Of a DNA stretch of 64,000 nucleotides, positions 21,007 to 34,650 are shown in pieces. Origin of the DNA: the human T2T-CHM13v2.0 reference genome, Homo sapiens. The DNA lies in the NCBI RefSeq assembly GCF_009914755.1, contig NC_060932.1, one strand, 5' to 3'. Below the pieces are notes generated by a model. The model saw nothing but the letters and a program-made list of their open reading frames with translations. It was not told where the DNA came from and searched no databases. The first letter of the stretch is position 1. Each line of letters starts with the position of its first letter. A program made the position numbers and the translations under genes.

Positions 21007-22472
21007 TTTATGGAAATCAAAAGAATAATCATTTCCAAAAGCCTGACAGCAAACAGCAAAGTCCAAAAATAAAATGAGAACAAGACCATTGGCTTTGGTG
21101 GTTGGAGGTCATGAGATACCTTCAAGAAAGCACCCTCTATAATATCAAGTCCATGTAGAAGACGTTACAGAGGAAACAAACAATATAAAAGTGAAAACAA
21201 CCAAGGGTGAGCTACTCTCAGAAAGTATGCCTTTGAAAAGAAAGTCAGAAGCCATAGCTTGGGATCTCTGCAGATCCCTAAAAGAATAGATTCCTATTCT
21301 ACTGACTTTCTATGAAGATCAAATTGTAAAAAGCAAAAGTTTCTCTCCAAGGGTTTCCTTTGCAGTGACCTGTATGTCCAACCACGCAAGGGCCCATTGT
21401 GGGGACATATGTTGTCCAAAAGGACCATAGCAGAGACAGGCCAGTGAGCCAAAGTGTGGAAACTTTTGAGACTGGCTTGAGCTTGGCACTTATAGAACAA
21501 TAAACCAAGCCTTTGAAGGGGTTCAACAAAGGAACCATTTGTCCACTCTAGTAGCTACAAAGTAAGGCAGGGTTGCAGCAAAGAACAAAAAAATAAAAGA
21601 AGGCCAAGCTGGAGGTATGACCAAAGTTTACTAGGTCCATTCTGAGACCTTCTGCTAGGGTCTGAGATCTAGAAGACAGTGAATAAGGAAACAAACCCAA
21701 AACTCAACGCAACACAGGATATGGAAGCTCTCAGGCCTGACGTTAACAGCATCTACTATTTTTCTTCTCAGCTACTTTAATGAATGCAGTATACTAAAAG
21801 CCAGGAGGGGAAGGGACAACACTAAGCAAAAAACATGCATTTTTTAAAATGCACAGATTTTCTTCACTGCCGTTTTTGTTATCATTCCTATGAATTAGTG
21901 ATGCCGAATTTCATTTTCTCATCTGCTGAAGAGCTTTCCTGTGTTCCTCTCGTTGGAACACATGCTTGGCATTAAAATGCTTGTGAGAACTTCTCTTCCT
22001 TTAACGTTCCCTGGCTAGCTTGGTTTTTAATCTAACAGCCCTTCTTTCAAAATGATCCTTCCACTGGAGATAGATATTTATCATTCTCTTCCTTCACCTC
22101 ATCTCTTGACAGGCTGCACGTGACTTGAAGGAATTTTTCAAATAGCAGCTCAGCCACCCTGAGGGGCTTCAGTCTCACCCCTAAGTTCGCTGGCTTTTTC
22201 TTCACCACGTCCAGTTGCTTTCCATCTTATTAACTGCTCTTTTCACTAGAGGACCAACTCAGTAGGAAATTTTTTGAGAGGTGGAGAAAGAGATGTTCAA
22301 AGAAGGTGTTGGGGTCGGGGGAAACTGGTTTTATTTTATACAAGTCACACATTCTGAATCTTCCCTTTTGTGTCTCTGGGGAGAAAGGAGAAAGTTTGAT
22401 CAAATCGCTCATTATTTCTGCACTTCTTTCTTTTTTCCTAAGTATAAAAATATATGACTACTACTACTGTGA

Positions 22473-23870
<1,398 letters not shown>

Positions 23871-24754
23871 TTTCCTTTCTTTTTCTATTTCTCAATGGAT
23901 TTTTCCAATGGACACGTATCACTTTGGTAGTTATACATGATACTAGTTGTAATCTCAGCCATTTTTCAACCCAGCAAATGTCTATTCTAGGTCAAATATG
24001 TCTCAAAAATTACTAAAAGAAAATCAGTTATGTCCTTTAACCTGGCTGAGGTCTGGCTTTGTTTTCTCTCATGTAAAAATGGAGATGGCACAAAACAACT
24101 CCAAGCTGTTACTTGAAAGTAACACCTCAGGTGATGTCACCAGCCTGAGGGAGAGTGAGGTTAAGTTCTGAACCCACAGGCATTATATCTGCCTGGGGTT
24201 CACATGCCCTACACTGGACTGGCATAATTTGAGAGTCAGATCCGAAGATGTGGTATATCCGCCATCTTTAGCAACTTTCAAAAACTACCCTATGAGGTCA
24301 AGCTGGACCTACTTTTGGTTTTGCCATTGTTGTTTGTTTGTTGTTGAGGGTTTTCTTTGAGGGGCGGGGAGTGCATGCCCCTGTGGAGAGCACTCATTTA
24401 GCTTCAATTAGAGTAATGCCAAAAGTGCCAGATTCCTGGGAAATCAGCCTACAAGGCTCCTGCGGGAAGGAACCTCCACTGCCAGAAGTCCTTAGGGCAT
24501 CTAAGTGATCAGACACCGTCAGGGATTCTTTGCCCCGTAAAAACCTACTTGACCAGGGACACGTGCCAGGTAAATTTCCTTCACATTTACTTCAACCTTA
24601 TTGCATACTCATTTTAGTATTAAAACCTTTAATAAAATGCTCCTATTCCTTCACACTTTTTTTCTATGAGATCTCAAATACCCCTTCTTGCTATTAAAAA
24701 AAATCACTTATTATTCACCAGCCCAATATTTTAAAAGTAAAAATAATAAGCCAA

Positions 24755-25078
24755 GGCCAGGAGCGATGACTCGCACTTGTATTCCCAGCAGTTTCAGAGG
24801 CAAAGGCCGAAGGATCGCTTTAACCGAGGAGTTTGAGACCAGCCTGGGCAACATGACCAGACTGCCTCTCTACAAAAAGTTTAAAAAATTAACCGGGTGT
24901 GGTGGTGCACTGCACTCCCAGCTACTGGGCTGGGGTATCAGGCTGAGGTAGGAGGTTTGCTTTGAGCCCGGGGGGATCGAGGCTGCAGTGAGCTTTGATT
25001 GTGCCACTGCACTCCAGCCTGGGTGACAGAAGGAGACCCTGTCTCAAAAATAATAAGAATAATAATTAATAATAATAG
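24755..25078 (+). mobile_element. Alu (AluJ-like), the last Alu before the MYC promoter
   Basis: Diverged Alu dimer with an (AAT)n tail. Confidence 0.88.
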
Positions 25079-25558
25079 GCCAAACCAAATACCCATCACC
25101 TTCTGCTGTGCCTCCCCTTTCCCCAATAAATCCAGTGTCTTGCTTTCAAATTTTGTGGTTAAAAAAGATGATGAGTTTCTAAGACGTGGGGGCTAAAGCT
25201 TGTTTGGCCGTTTTAGGGTTTGTTGGAATTTTTTTTTCGTCTATGTACTTGTGAATTATTTCACGTTTGCCATTACCGGTTCTCCATAGGGTGATGTTCA
25301 TTAGCAGTGGTGATAGGTTAATTTTCACCATCTCTTATGCGGTTGAATAGTCACCTCTGAACCACTTTTTCCTCCAGTAACTCCTCTTTCTTCGGACCTT
25401 CTGCAGCCAACCTGAAAGAATAACAAGGAGGTGGCTGGAAACTTGTTTTAAGGAACCGCCTGTCCTTCCCCCGCTGGAAACCTTGCACCTCGGACGCTCC
25501 TGCTCCTGCCCCCACCTGACCCCCGCCCTCGTTGACATCCAGGCGCGATGATCTCTGC

Positions 25559-25574
25559 TGCCAGTAGAGGGCAC
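25559..25574 (+). promoter_or_regulatory. CTCF site ~2 kb upstream of MYC (enhancer-docking site)
   Basis: TGCCAGTAGAGGGCAC matches the CTCF core CCASYAGRKGGC at the known position. Confidence 0.85.
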
Positions 25575-25934
25575 ACTTACTTTACTTTCGCAAACCTGAA
25601 CGCGGGTGCTGCCCAGAGAGGGGGCGGAGGGAAAGACGCTTTGCAGCAAAATCCAGCATAGCGATTGGTTGCTCCCCGCGTTTGCGGCAAAGGCCTGGAG
25701 GCAGGAGTAATTTGCAATCCTTAAAGCTGAATTGTGCAGTGCATCGGATTTGGAAGCTACTATATTCACTTAACACTTGAACGCTGAGCTGCAAACTCAA
25801 CGGGTAATAACCCATCTTGAACAGCGTACATGCTATACACGCACCCCTTTCCCCCGAATTGTTTTCTCTTTTGGAGGTGGTGGAGGGAGAGAAAAGTTTA
25901 CTTAAAATGCCTTTGGGTGAGGGACCAAGGATGA

Positions 25935-26010
25935 GAAGAATGTTTTTTGTTTTTCATGCCGTGGAATAACACAAAATAAAAAATCCCGAGGGAATATACA
26001 TTATATATTA
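25935..26010. promoter_or_regulatory. FUSE (far upstream element; FUBP1/FIR binding, melts under supercoiling)
   Basis: AT-rich GTGGAATAACACAAAATAAAAAATCCCGAGGGAATATAC lies ~1.7 kb upstream of P2, with the AvaI site at 25985. Confidence 0.85.
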
Positions 26011-26145
26011 AATATAGATCATTTCAGGGAGCAAACAAATCATGTGTGGGGCTGGGCAACTAGCTAAGTCGAAGCGTAAATAAAATGTGAATACACGTTT
26101 GCGGGTTACATACAGTGCACTTTCACTAGTATTCAGAAAAAATTG

Positions 26146-26152
26146 TGAGTCA
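26146..26152 (+). promoter_or_regulatory. AP-1 site
   Basis: Perfect TGAGTCA in the upstream promoter. Confidence 0.5.
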
Positions 26153-26499
26153 GTGAACTAGGAAATTAATGCCTGGAAGGCAGCCAAATTTTAATTAGCT
26201 CAAGACTCCCCCCCCCCCCCAAAAAAAGGCACGGAAGTAATACTCCTCTCCTCTTCTTTGATCAGAATCGATGCATTTTTTGTGCATGACCGCATTTCCA
26301 ATAATAAAAGGGGAAAGAGGACCTGGAAAGGAATTAAACGTCCGGTTTGTCCGGGGAGGAAAGAGTTAACGGTTTTTTTCACAAGGGTCTCTGCTGACTC
26401 CCCCGGCTCGGTCCACAAGCTCTCCACTTGCCCCTTTTAGGAAGTCCGGTCCCGCGGTTCGGGTACCCCCTGCCCCTCCCATATTCTCCCGTCTAGCAC

Positions 26500-26506
26500 C
26501 TTTGAT
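26500..26506 (+). promoter_or_regulatory. TCF/LEF site TBE1 (5' Wnt-responsive element)
   Basis: CTTTGAT lies 1156 bp upstream of the P2 TATA. Another CTTTGAT is at 26256. Confidence 0.75.
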
Positions 26507-26926
26507 TTCTCCCAAACCCGGCAGCCCGAGACTGTTGCAAACCGGCGCCACAGGGCGCAAAGGGGATTTGTCTCTTCTGAAACCTGGCTGAGAAATTGGG
26601 AACTCCGTGTGGGAGGCGTGGGGGTGGGACGGTGGGGTACAGACTGGCAGAGAGCAGGCAACCTCCCTCTCGCCCTAGCCCAGCTCTGGAACAGGCAGAC
26701 ACATCTCAGGGCTAAACAGACGCCTCCCGCACGGGGCCCCACGGAAGCCTGAGCAGGCGGGGCAGGAGGGGCGGTATCTGCTGCTTTGGCAGCAAATTGG
26801 GGGACTCAGTCTGGGTGGAAGGTATCCAATCCAGATAGCTGTGCATACATAATGCATAATACATGACTCCCCCCAACAAATGCAATGGGAGTTTATTCAT
26901 AACGCGCTCTCCAAGTATACGTGGCA

Positions 26927-27271
26927 ATGCGTTGCTGGGTTATTTTAATCATTCTAGGCATCGTTTTCCTCCTTATGCCTCTATCATTCCTCCCTATCTA
27001 CACTAACATCCCACGCTCTGAACGCGCGCCCATTAATACCCTTCTTTCCTCCACTCTCCCTGGGACTCTTGATCAAAGCGCGGCCCTTTCCCCAGCCTTA
27101 GCGAGGCGCCCTGCAGCCTGGTACGCGCGTGGCGTGGCGGTGGGCGCGCAGTGCGTTCTCGGTGTGGAGGGCAGCTGTTCCGCCTGCGATGATTTATACT
27201 CACAGGACAAGGATGCGGTTTGTCAAACAGTACTGCTACGGAGGAGCAGCAGAGAAAGGGAGAGGGTTTGA
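26927..27271 (+). CDS. mrtl, 114-aa ORF1 of the MYC P0 transcript (hydrophobic N-terminus; an internal AUG gives a 98-aa form)
   Basis: ATG at 26927 opens MRCWVILIILGIVFLLMPLSFLPIY...RRSSRERERV*. The length and position upstream of P1 match the described mrtl ORF. Confidence 0.7.
   Translation: MRCWVILIILGIVFLLMPLSFLPIYTNIPRSERAPINTLLSSTLPGTLDQSAALSPALARRPAAWYARGVAVGAQCVLGVEGSCSACDDLYSQDKDAVCQTVLLRRSSRERERV
27072..27078 (-). promoter_or_regulatory. TCF/LEF site TBE2
   Basis: ATCAAAG (CTTTGAT on the minus strand) lies ~585 bp upstream of the P2 TATA. Confidence 0.75.
27121..27155. other. Z-DNA-prone alternating purine/pyrimidine segment of the MYC promoter
   Basis: GTACGCGCGTGGCGTGGCGGTGGGCGCGCAGTGCG; similar tracts occur at ~25822-25844 and ~26840-26865. 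Confidence 0.5.
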
Positions 27272-27381
27272 GAGGGAGCAAAAGAAAATGGTAGGCGCGC
27301 GTAGTTAATTCATGCGGCTCTCTTACTCTGTTTACATCCTAGAGCTAGAGTGCTCGGCTGCCCGGCTGAGTCTCCTCCCCA

Positions 27382-27408
27382 CCTTCCCCACCCTCCCCAC
27401 CCTCCCCA
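27382..27408 (-). promoter_or_regulatory. NHE III1 / CT element: Pu27 G-quadruplex (i-motif on the + strand)
   Basis: The minus strand reads exactly TGGGGAGGGTGGGGAGGGTGGGGAAGG. Confidence 0.97.
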
Positions 27409-27495
27409 TAAGCGCCCCTCCCGGGTTCCCAAAGCAGAGGGCGTGGGGGAAAAGAAAAAAGATCCTCTCTCGCTAATCTCCGCCCACCGGCCCTT

Positions 27496-27523
27496 TATAA
27501 TGCGAGGGTCTGGACGGCTGAGG
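27496..27523 (+). promoter_or_regulatory. MYC: MYC P1 promoter (TATAAT box and start site)
   Basis: TATAAT at 27496-27501; the P1 5' end GACCCCCGAGCTG is at 27523. Confidence 0.9.
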
Positions 27524-28066
27524 ACCCCCGAGCTGTGCTGCTCGCGGCCGCCACCGCCGGGCCCCGGCCGTCCCTGGCTCCCCTCCTGCCTCGAGAAGGG
27601 CAGGGCTTCTCAGAGGCTTGGCGGGAAAAAGAACGGAGGGAGGGATCGCGCTGAGTATAAAAGCCGGTTTTCGGGGCTTTATCTAACTCGCTGTAGTAAT
27701 TCCAGCGAGAGGCAGAGGGAGCGAGCGGGCGGCCGGCTAGGGTGGAAGAGCCGGGCGAGCAGAGCTGCGCTGCGGGCGTCCTGGGAAGGGAGATCCGGAG
27801 CGAATAGGGGGCTTCGCCTCTGGCCCAGCCCTCCCGCTGATCCCCCAGCCAGCGGTCCGCAACCCTTGCCGCATCCACGAAACTTTGCCCATAGCAGCGG
27901 GCGGGCACTTTGCACTGGAACTTACAACACCCGAGCAAGGACGCGACTCTCCCGACGCGGGGAGGCTATTCTGCCCATTTGGGGACACTTCCCCGCCGCT
28001 GCCAGGACCCGCTTCTCTGAAAGGCTCTCCTTGCAGCTGCTTAGACGCTGGATTTTTTTCGGGTAG
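27500..28066 (+). CDS. MycHex1, 188-aa exon-1 ORF of the P0 transcript
   Basis: The ATG lies inside the P1 TATA (TATAATG). It gives 188 codons, MRGSGRLRTPELCC...WIFFG*, matching the described MYCHEX1 ORF. Confidence 0.65.
   Translation: MRGSGRLRTPELCCSRPPPPGPGRPWLPSCLEKGRASQRLGGKKNGGRDRAEYKSRFSGLYLTRCSNSSERQRERAGGRLGWKSRASRAALRASWEGRSGANRGLRLWPSPPADPPASGPQPLPHPRNFAHSSGRALCTGTYNTRARTRLSRRGEAILPIWGHFPAAARTRFSERLSLQLLRRWIFFG
27620..27685 (+). promoter_or_regulatory. MYC: MYC P2 promoter: E2F site, ME1a1 (MAZ/Sp1), TATA and start site
   Basis: GGCGGGAAAA at 27620, GGAGGGAGGG at 27635, TATAAAA at 27656-27662 and the start AACTCGCTGTAG at 27685. Confidence 0.92.
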
Positions 28067-28077
28067 TGGAAAACCAG
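27685..28077 (+). other. MYC: MYC exon 1 from P2 (structured 5' UTR / reported IRES)
   Basis: GC-rich, AUG-free leader ending at the CAG|GTAAGC donor. IRES function is from prior knowledge. Confidence 0.8.
28048..28077 (+). CDS. MYC: MYC exon 1 coding part: CUG-initiated N-terminal extension of c-Myc1 (MDFFRVVENQ)
   Basis: CTG GAT TTT TTT CGG GTA GTG GAA AAC CAG is followed by the GTAAGC donor and splices in frame to CAG CCT CCC GCG ACG ATG in exon 2. Confidence 0.95.
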
Positions 28078-28199
28078 GTAAGCACCGAAGTCCACTTGCC
28101 TTTTAATTTATTTTTTTATCACTTTAATGCTGAGATGAGTCGAATGCCTAAATAGGGTGTCTTTTCTCCCATTCCTGCGCTATTGACACTTTTCTCAGA

Positions 28200-28213
28200 G
28201 TAGTTATGGTAAC
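28200..28213 (+). promoter_or_regulatory. MIF-1 / RFX X-box in intron 1
   Basis: GTAGTTATGGTAAC resembles the RFX consensus GTTRCCATGGYAAC, ~120 bp into intron 1. Confidence 0.7.
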
Positions 28214-29581
28214 TGGGGCTGGGGTGGGGGGTAATCCAGAACTGGATCGGGGTAAAGTGACTTGTCAAGATGGGAGAGGAGAAGGCAGAGGGAAAACGGG
28301 AATGGTTTTTAAGACTACCCTTTCGAGATTTCTGCCTTATGAATATATTCACGCTGACTCCCGGCCGGTCGGACATTCCTGCTTTATTGTGTTAATTGCT
28401 CTCTGGGTTTTGGGGGGCTGGGGGTTGCTTTGCGGTGGGCAGAAAGCCCCTTGCATCCTGAGCTCCTTGGAGTAGGGACCGCATATCGCCTGTGTGAGCC
28501 AGATCGCTCCGCAGCCGCTGACTTGTCCCCGTCTCCGGGAGGGCATTTAAATTTCGGCTCACCGCATTTCTGACAGCCGGAGACGGACACTGCGGCGCGT
28601 CCCGCCCGCCTGTCCCCGCGGCGATTCCAACCCGCCCTGATCCTTTTAAGAAGTTGGCATTTGGCTTTTTAAAAAGCAATAATACAATTTAAAACCTGGG
28701 TCTCTAGAGGTGTTAGGACGTGGTGTTGGGTAGGCGCAGGCAGGGGAAAAGGGAGGCGAGGATGTGTCCGATTCTCCTGGAATCGTTGACTTGGAAAAAC
28801 CAGGGCGAATCTCCGCACCCAGCCCTGACTCCCCTGCCGCGGCCGCCCTCGGGTGTCCTCGCGCCCGAGATGCGGAGGAACTGCGAGGAGCGGGGCTCTG
28901 GGCGGTTCCAGAACAGCTGCTACCCTTGGTGGGGTGGCTCCGGGGGAGGTATCGCAGCGGGGTCTCTGGCGCAGTTGCATCTCCGTATTGAGTGCGAAGG
29001 GAGGTGCCCCTATTATTATTTGACACCCCCCTTGTATTTATGGAGGGGTGTTAAAGCCCGCGGCTGAGCTCGCCACTCCAGCCGGCGAGAGAAAGAAGAA
29101 AAGCTGGCAAAAGGAGTGTTGGACGGGGGCGGTACTGGGGGTGGGGACGGGGGCGGTGGAGAGGGAAGGTTGGGAGGGGCTGCGGTGCCGGCGGGGGTAG
29201 GAGAGCGGCTAGGGCGCGAGTGGGAACAGCCGCAGCGGAGGGGCCCCGGCGCGGAGCGGGGTTCACGCAGCCGCTAGCGCCCAGGCGCCTCTCGCCTTCT
29301 CCTTCAGGTGGCGCAAAACTTTGTGCCTTGGATTTTGGCAAATTGTTTTCCTCACCGCCACCTCCCGCGGCTTCTTAAGGGCGCCAGGGCCGATTTCGAT
29401 TCCTCTGCCGCTGCGGGGCCGACTCCCGGGCTTTGCGCTCCGGGCTCCCGGGGGAGCGGGGGCTCGGCGGGCACCAAGCCGCTGGTTCACTAAGTGCGTC
29501 TCCGAGATAGCAGGGGACTGTCCAAAGGGGGTGAAAGGGTGCTCCCTTTATTCCCCCACCAAGACCACCCAGCCGCTTTAG

Positions 29582-30781
<1,200 letters not shown>

Positions 30782-31398
30782 TAATTGCCCTGGGGCGGGG
30801 TGGCAGGGAGTGTATGAATGAGGATAAGAGAGGATTGATCTCTGAGAGTGAATGAATTGCTTCCCTCTTAACTTCCGAGAAGTGGTGGGATTTAATGAAC
30901 TATCTACAAAAATGAGGGGCTGTGTTTAGAGGCTAGGCAGGGCCTGCCTGAGTGCGGGAGCCAGTGAACTGCCTCAAGAGTGGGTGGGCTGAGGAGCTGG
31001 GATCTTCTCAGCCTATTTTGAACACTGAAAAGCAAATCCTTGCCAAAGTTGGACTTTTTTTTTTCTTTTATTCCTTCCCCCGCCCTCTTGGACTTTTGGC
31101 AAAACTGCAATTTTTTTTTTTTTATTTTTCATTTCCAGTAAAATAGGGAGTTGCTAAAGTCATACCAAGCAATTTGCAGCTATCATTTGCAACACCTGAA
31201 GTGTTCTTGGTAAAGTCCCTCAAAAATAGGAGGTGCTTGGGAATGTGCTTTGCTTTGGGTGTGTCCAAAGCCTCATTAAGTCTTAGGTAAGAATTGGCAT
31301 CAATGTCCTATCCTGGGAAGTTGCACTTTTCTTGTCCATGCCATAACCCAGCTGTCTTTCCCTTTATGAGACTCTTACCTTCATGGTGAGAGGAGTAA

Positions 31399-31705
<307 letters not shown>

Positions 31706-31806
31706 TTAGATGTGGCTCTTTGGGGAGATAATTTTGTCCAGAGACCTTTCTAACGTATTCATGCCTTGTATTTGTACAGCATTAATCTGGTAATTGATTA
31801 TTTTAA

Positions 31807-32412
<606 letters not shown>

Positions 32413-32706
32413 GGAAAAGTAAGGAAAACGATTCCTTCTAACAGAAATGTCCTGAGCAATCACCTATGAACTTGTTTCAAATGCATGATCAAATGCAACC
32501 TCACAACCTTGGCTGAGTCTTGAGACTGAAAGATTTAGCCATAATGTAAACTGCCTCAAATTGGACTTTGGGCATAAAAGAACTTTTTTATGCTTACCAT
32601 CTTTTTTTTTTCTTTAACAGATTTGTATTTAAGAATTGTTTTTAAAAAATTTTAAGATTTACACAATGTTTCTCTGTAAATATTGCCATTAAATGTAAAT
32701 AACTTT

Positions 32707-32712
32707 AATAAA
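32707..32712 (+). terminator. MYC: Poly(A) signal pA1
   Basis: AATAAA 295 nt after the stop codon. Confidence 0.85.
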
Positions 32713-32847
32713 ACGTTTATAGCAGTTACACAGAATTTCAATCCTAGTATATAGTACCTAGTATTATAGGTACTATAAACCCTAATTTTTTTTATTTAAG
32801 TACATTTTGCTTTTTAAAGTTGATTTTTTTCTATTGTTTTTAGAAAA

Positions 32848-32853
32848 AATAAA
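32848..32853 (+). terminator. MYC: Poly(A) signal pA2 (major)
   Basis: AATAAA followed ~40 nt later by a GU/U-rich element (GTTGTGAATGTTTTGTTT). Confidence 0.9.
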
Positions 32854-33389
32854 ATAACTGGCAAATATATCATTGAGCCAAATCTTAAGTTGTGAATGTT
32901 TTGTTTCGTTTCTTCCCCCTCCCAACCACCACCATCCCTGTTTGTTTTCATCAATTGCCCCTTCAGAGGGTGGTCTTAAGAAAGGCAAGAGTTTTCCTCT
33001 GTTGAAATGGGTCTGGGGGCCTTAAGGTCTTTAAGTTCTTGGAGGTTCTAAGATGCTTCCTGGAGACTATGATAACAGCCAGAGTTGACAGTTAGAAGGA
33101 ATGGCAGAAGGCAGGTGAGAAGGTGAGAGGTAGGCAAAGGAGATACAAGAGGTCAAAGGTAGCAGTTAAGTACACAAAGAGGCATAAGGACTGGGGAGTT
33201 GGGAGGAAGGTGAGGAAGAAACTCCTGTTACTTTAGTTAACCAGTGCCAGTCCCCTGCTCACTCCAAACCCAGGAATTCTGCCCAGTTGATGGGGACACG
33301 GTGGGAACCAGCTTCTGCTGCCTTCACAACCAGGCGCCAGTCCTGTCCATGGGTTATCTCGCAAACCCCAGAGGATCTCTGGGAGGAAT

Positions 33390-33820
33390 GCTACTATTAA
33401 CCCTATTTCACAAACAAGGAAATAGAAGAGCTCAAAGAGGTTATGTAACTTATCTGTAGCCACGCAGATAATACAAAGCAGCAATCTGGACCCATTCTGT
33501 TCAAAACACTTAACCCTTCGCTATCATGCCTTGGTTCATCTGGGTCTAATGTGCTGAGATCAAGAAGGTTTAGGACCTAATGGACAGACTCAAGTCATAA
33601 CAATGCTAAGCTCTATTTGTGTCCCAAGCACTCCTAAGCATTTTATCCCTAACTCTACATCAACCCCATGAAGGAGATACTGTTGATTTCCCCATATTAG
33701 AAGTAGAGAGGGAAGCTGAGGCACACAAAGACTCATCCACATGCCCAAGATTCACTGATAGGGAAAAGTGGAAGCGAGATTTGAACCCAGGCTGTTTACT
33801 CCTAACCTGTCCAAGCCACC
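33390..33820. mobile_element. MIR fragments downstream of pA2
   Basis: GCTCAAAGAGGTTATGTAACTT and GGAAGCTGAGGCACA...GATTTGAACCCAGG are MIR core motifs. Confidence 0.6.
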
Positions 33821-34383
33821 TCTCAGACGACGGTAGGAATCAGCTGGCTGCTTGTGAGTACAGGAGTTACAGTCCAGTGGGTTATGTTTTTTAAGTCTCA
33901 ACATCTAAGCCTGGTCAGGCATCAGTTCCCCTTTTTTTGTGATTTATTTTGTTTTTATTTTGTTGTTCATTGTTTAATTTTTCCTTTTACAATGAGAAGG
34001 TCACCATCTTGACTCCTACCTTAGCCATTTGTTGAATCAGACTCATGACGGCTCCTGGGAAGAAGCCAGTTCAGATCATAAAATAAAACATATTTATTCT
34101 TTGTCATGGGAGTCATTATTTTAGAAACTACAAACTCTCCTTGCTTCCATCCTTTTTTACATACTCATGACACATGCTCATCCTGAGTCCTTGAAAAGGT
34201 ATTTTTGAACATGTGTATTAATTATAAGCCTCTGAAAACCTATGGCCCAAACCAGAAATGATGTTGATTATATAGGTAAATGAAGGATGCTATTGCTGTT
34301 CTAATTACCTCATTGTCTCAGTCTCAAAGTAGGTCTTCAGCTCCCTGTACTTTGGGATTTTAATCTACCACCACCCATAAATC

Positions 34384-34389
34384 AATAAA
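34384..34389 (+). terminator. MYC: Distal poly(A) signal (long 3' UTR isoform)
   Basis: AATAAA with a downstream U-rich tract (TGTCTTTTTCTTG); a further AATAAA is at 34082. Confidence 0.55.
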
Positions 34390-34499
34390 TAATTACTTTC
34401 TTTGACTCTGACTCCTAGAATAATCTATTCAAAACCTTAATGTCTTTTTCTTGATCCTTCTTTTGAGTCCTAAGTACCGCCATTACAGCTTCAAATTGG

Positions 34500-34650
34500 C
34501 ACGTCATATAGGCGAATTTCAAAGGGAGATGCAATCCACAGAAGTATAGTAGTTCAAAGGGTTACAAAAGCAAGGCGCTCTTAAACAGCTCAGTCTTTGC
34601 CCCTTTGTGGCCTAGGGCTGGAGTGCAGCTCTGGGGTGACTCACTTGGGA
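34500..34650. promoter_or_regulatory. MYC 3' Wnt-responsive enhancer (TCF and AP-1)
   Basis: TTCAAAG at 34518 and 34553, and TGACTCA at 34637, ~1.6 kb past pA2 in unique DNA. Confidence 0.65.

Larger units (their letters stand above)
25196..27595. other. 2.4-kb HindIII-XhoI c-myc replicator/origin region
   Basis: AAGCTT at 25196 and CTCGAG at 27590 are 2.4 kb apart and enclose the AT-rich FUSE/DUE. This is the classic fragment; function is from prior knowledge. Confidence 0.7.
32413..32880 (+). other. MYC: MYC short 3' UTR with AU-rich elements and miR-34/let-7-type site
   Basis: Multiple ATTTA motifs and U-runs; ACTGCCTCA at 32550-32558. Confidence 0.85.
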
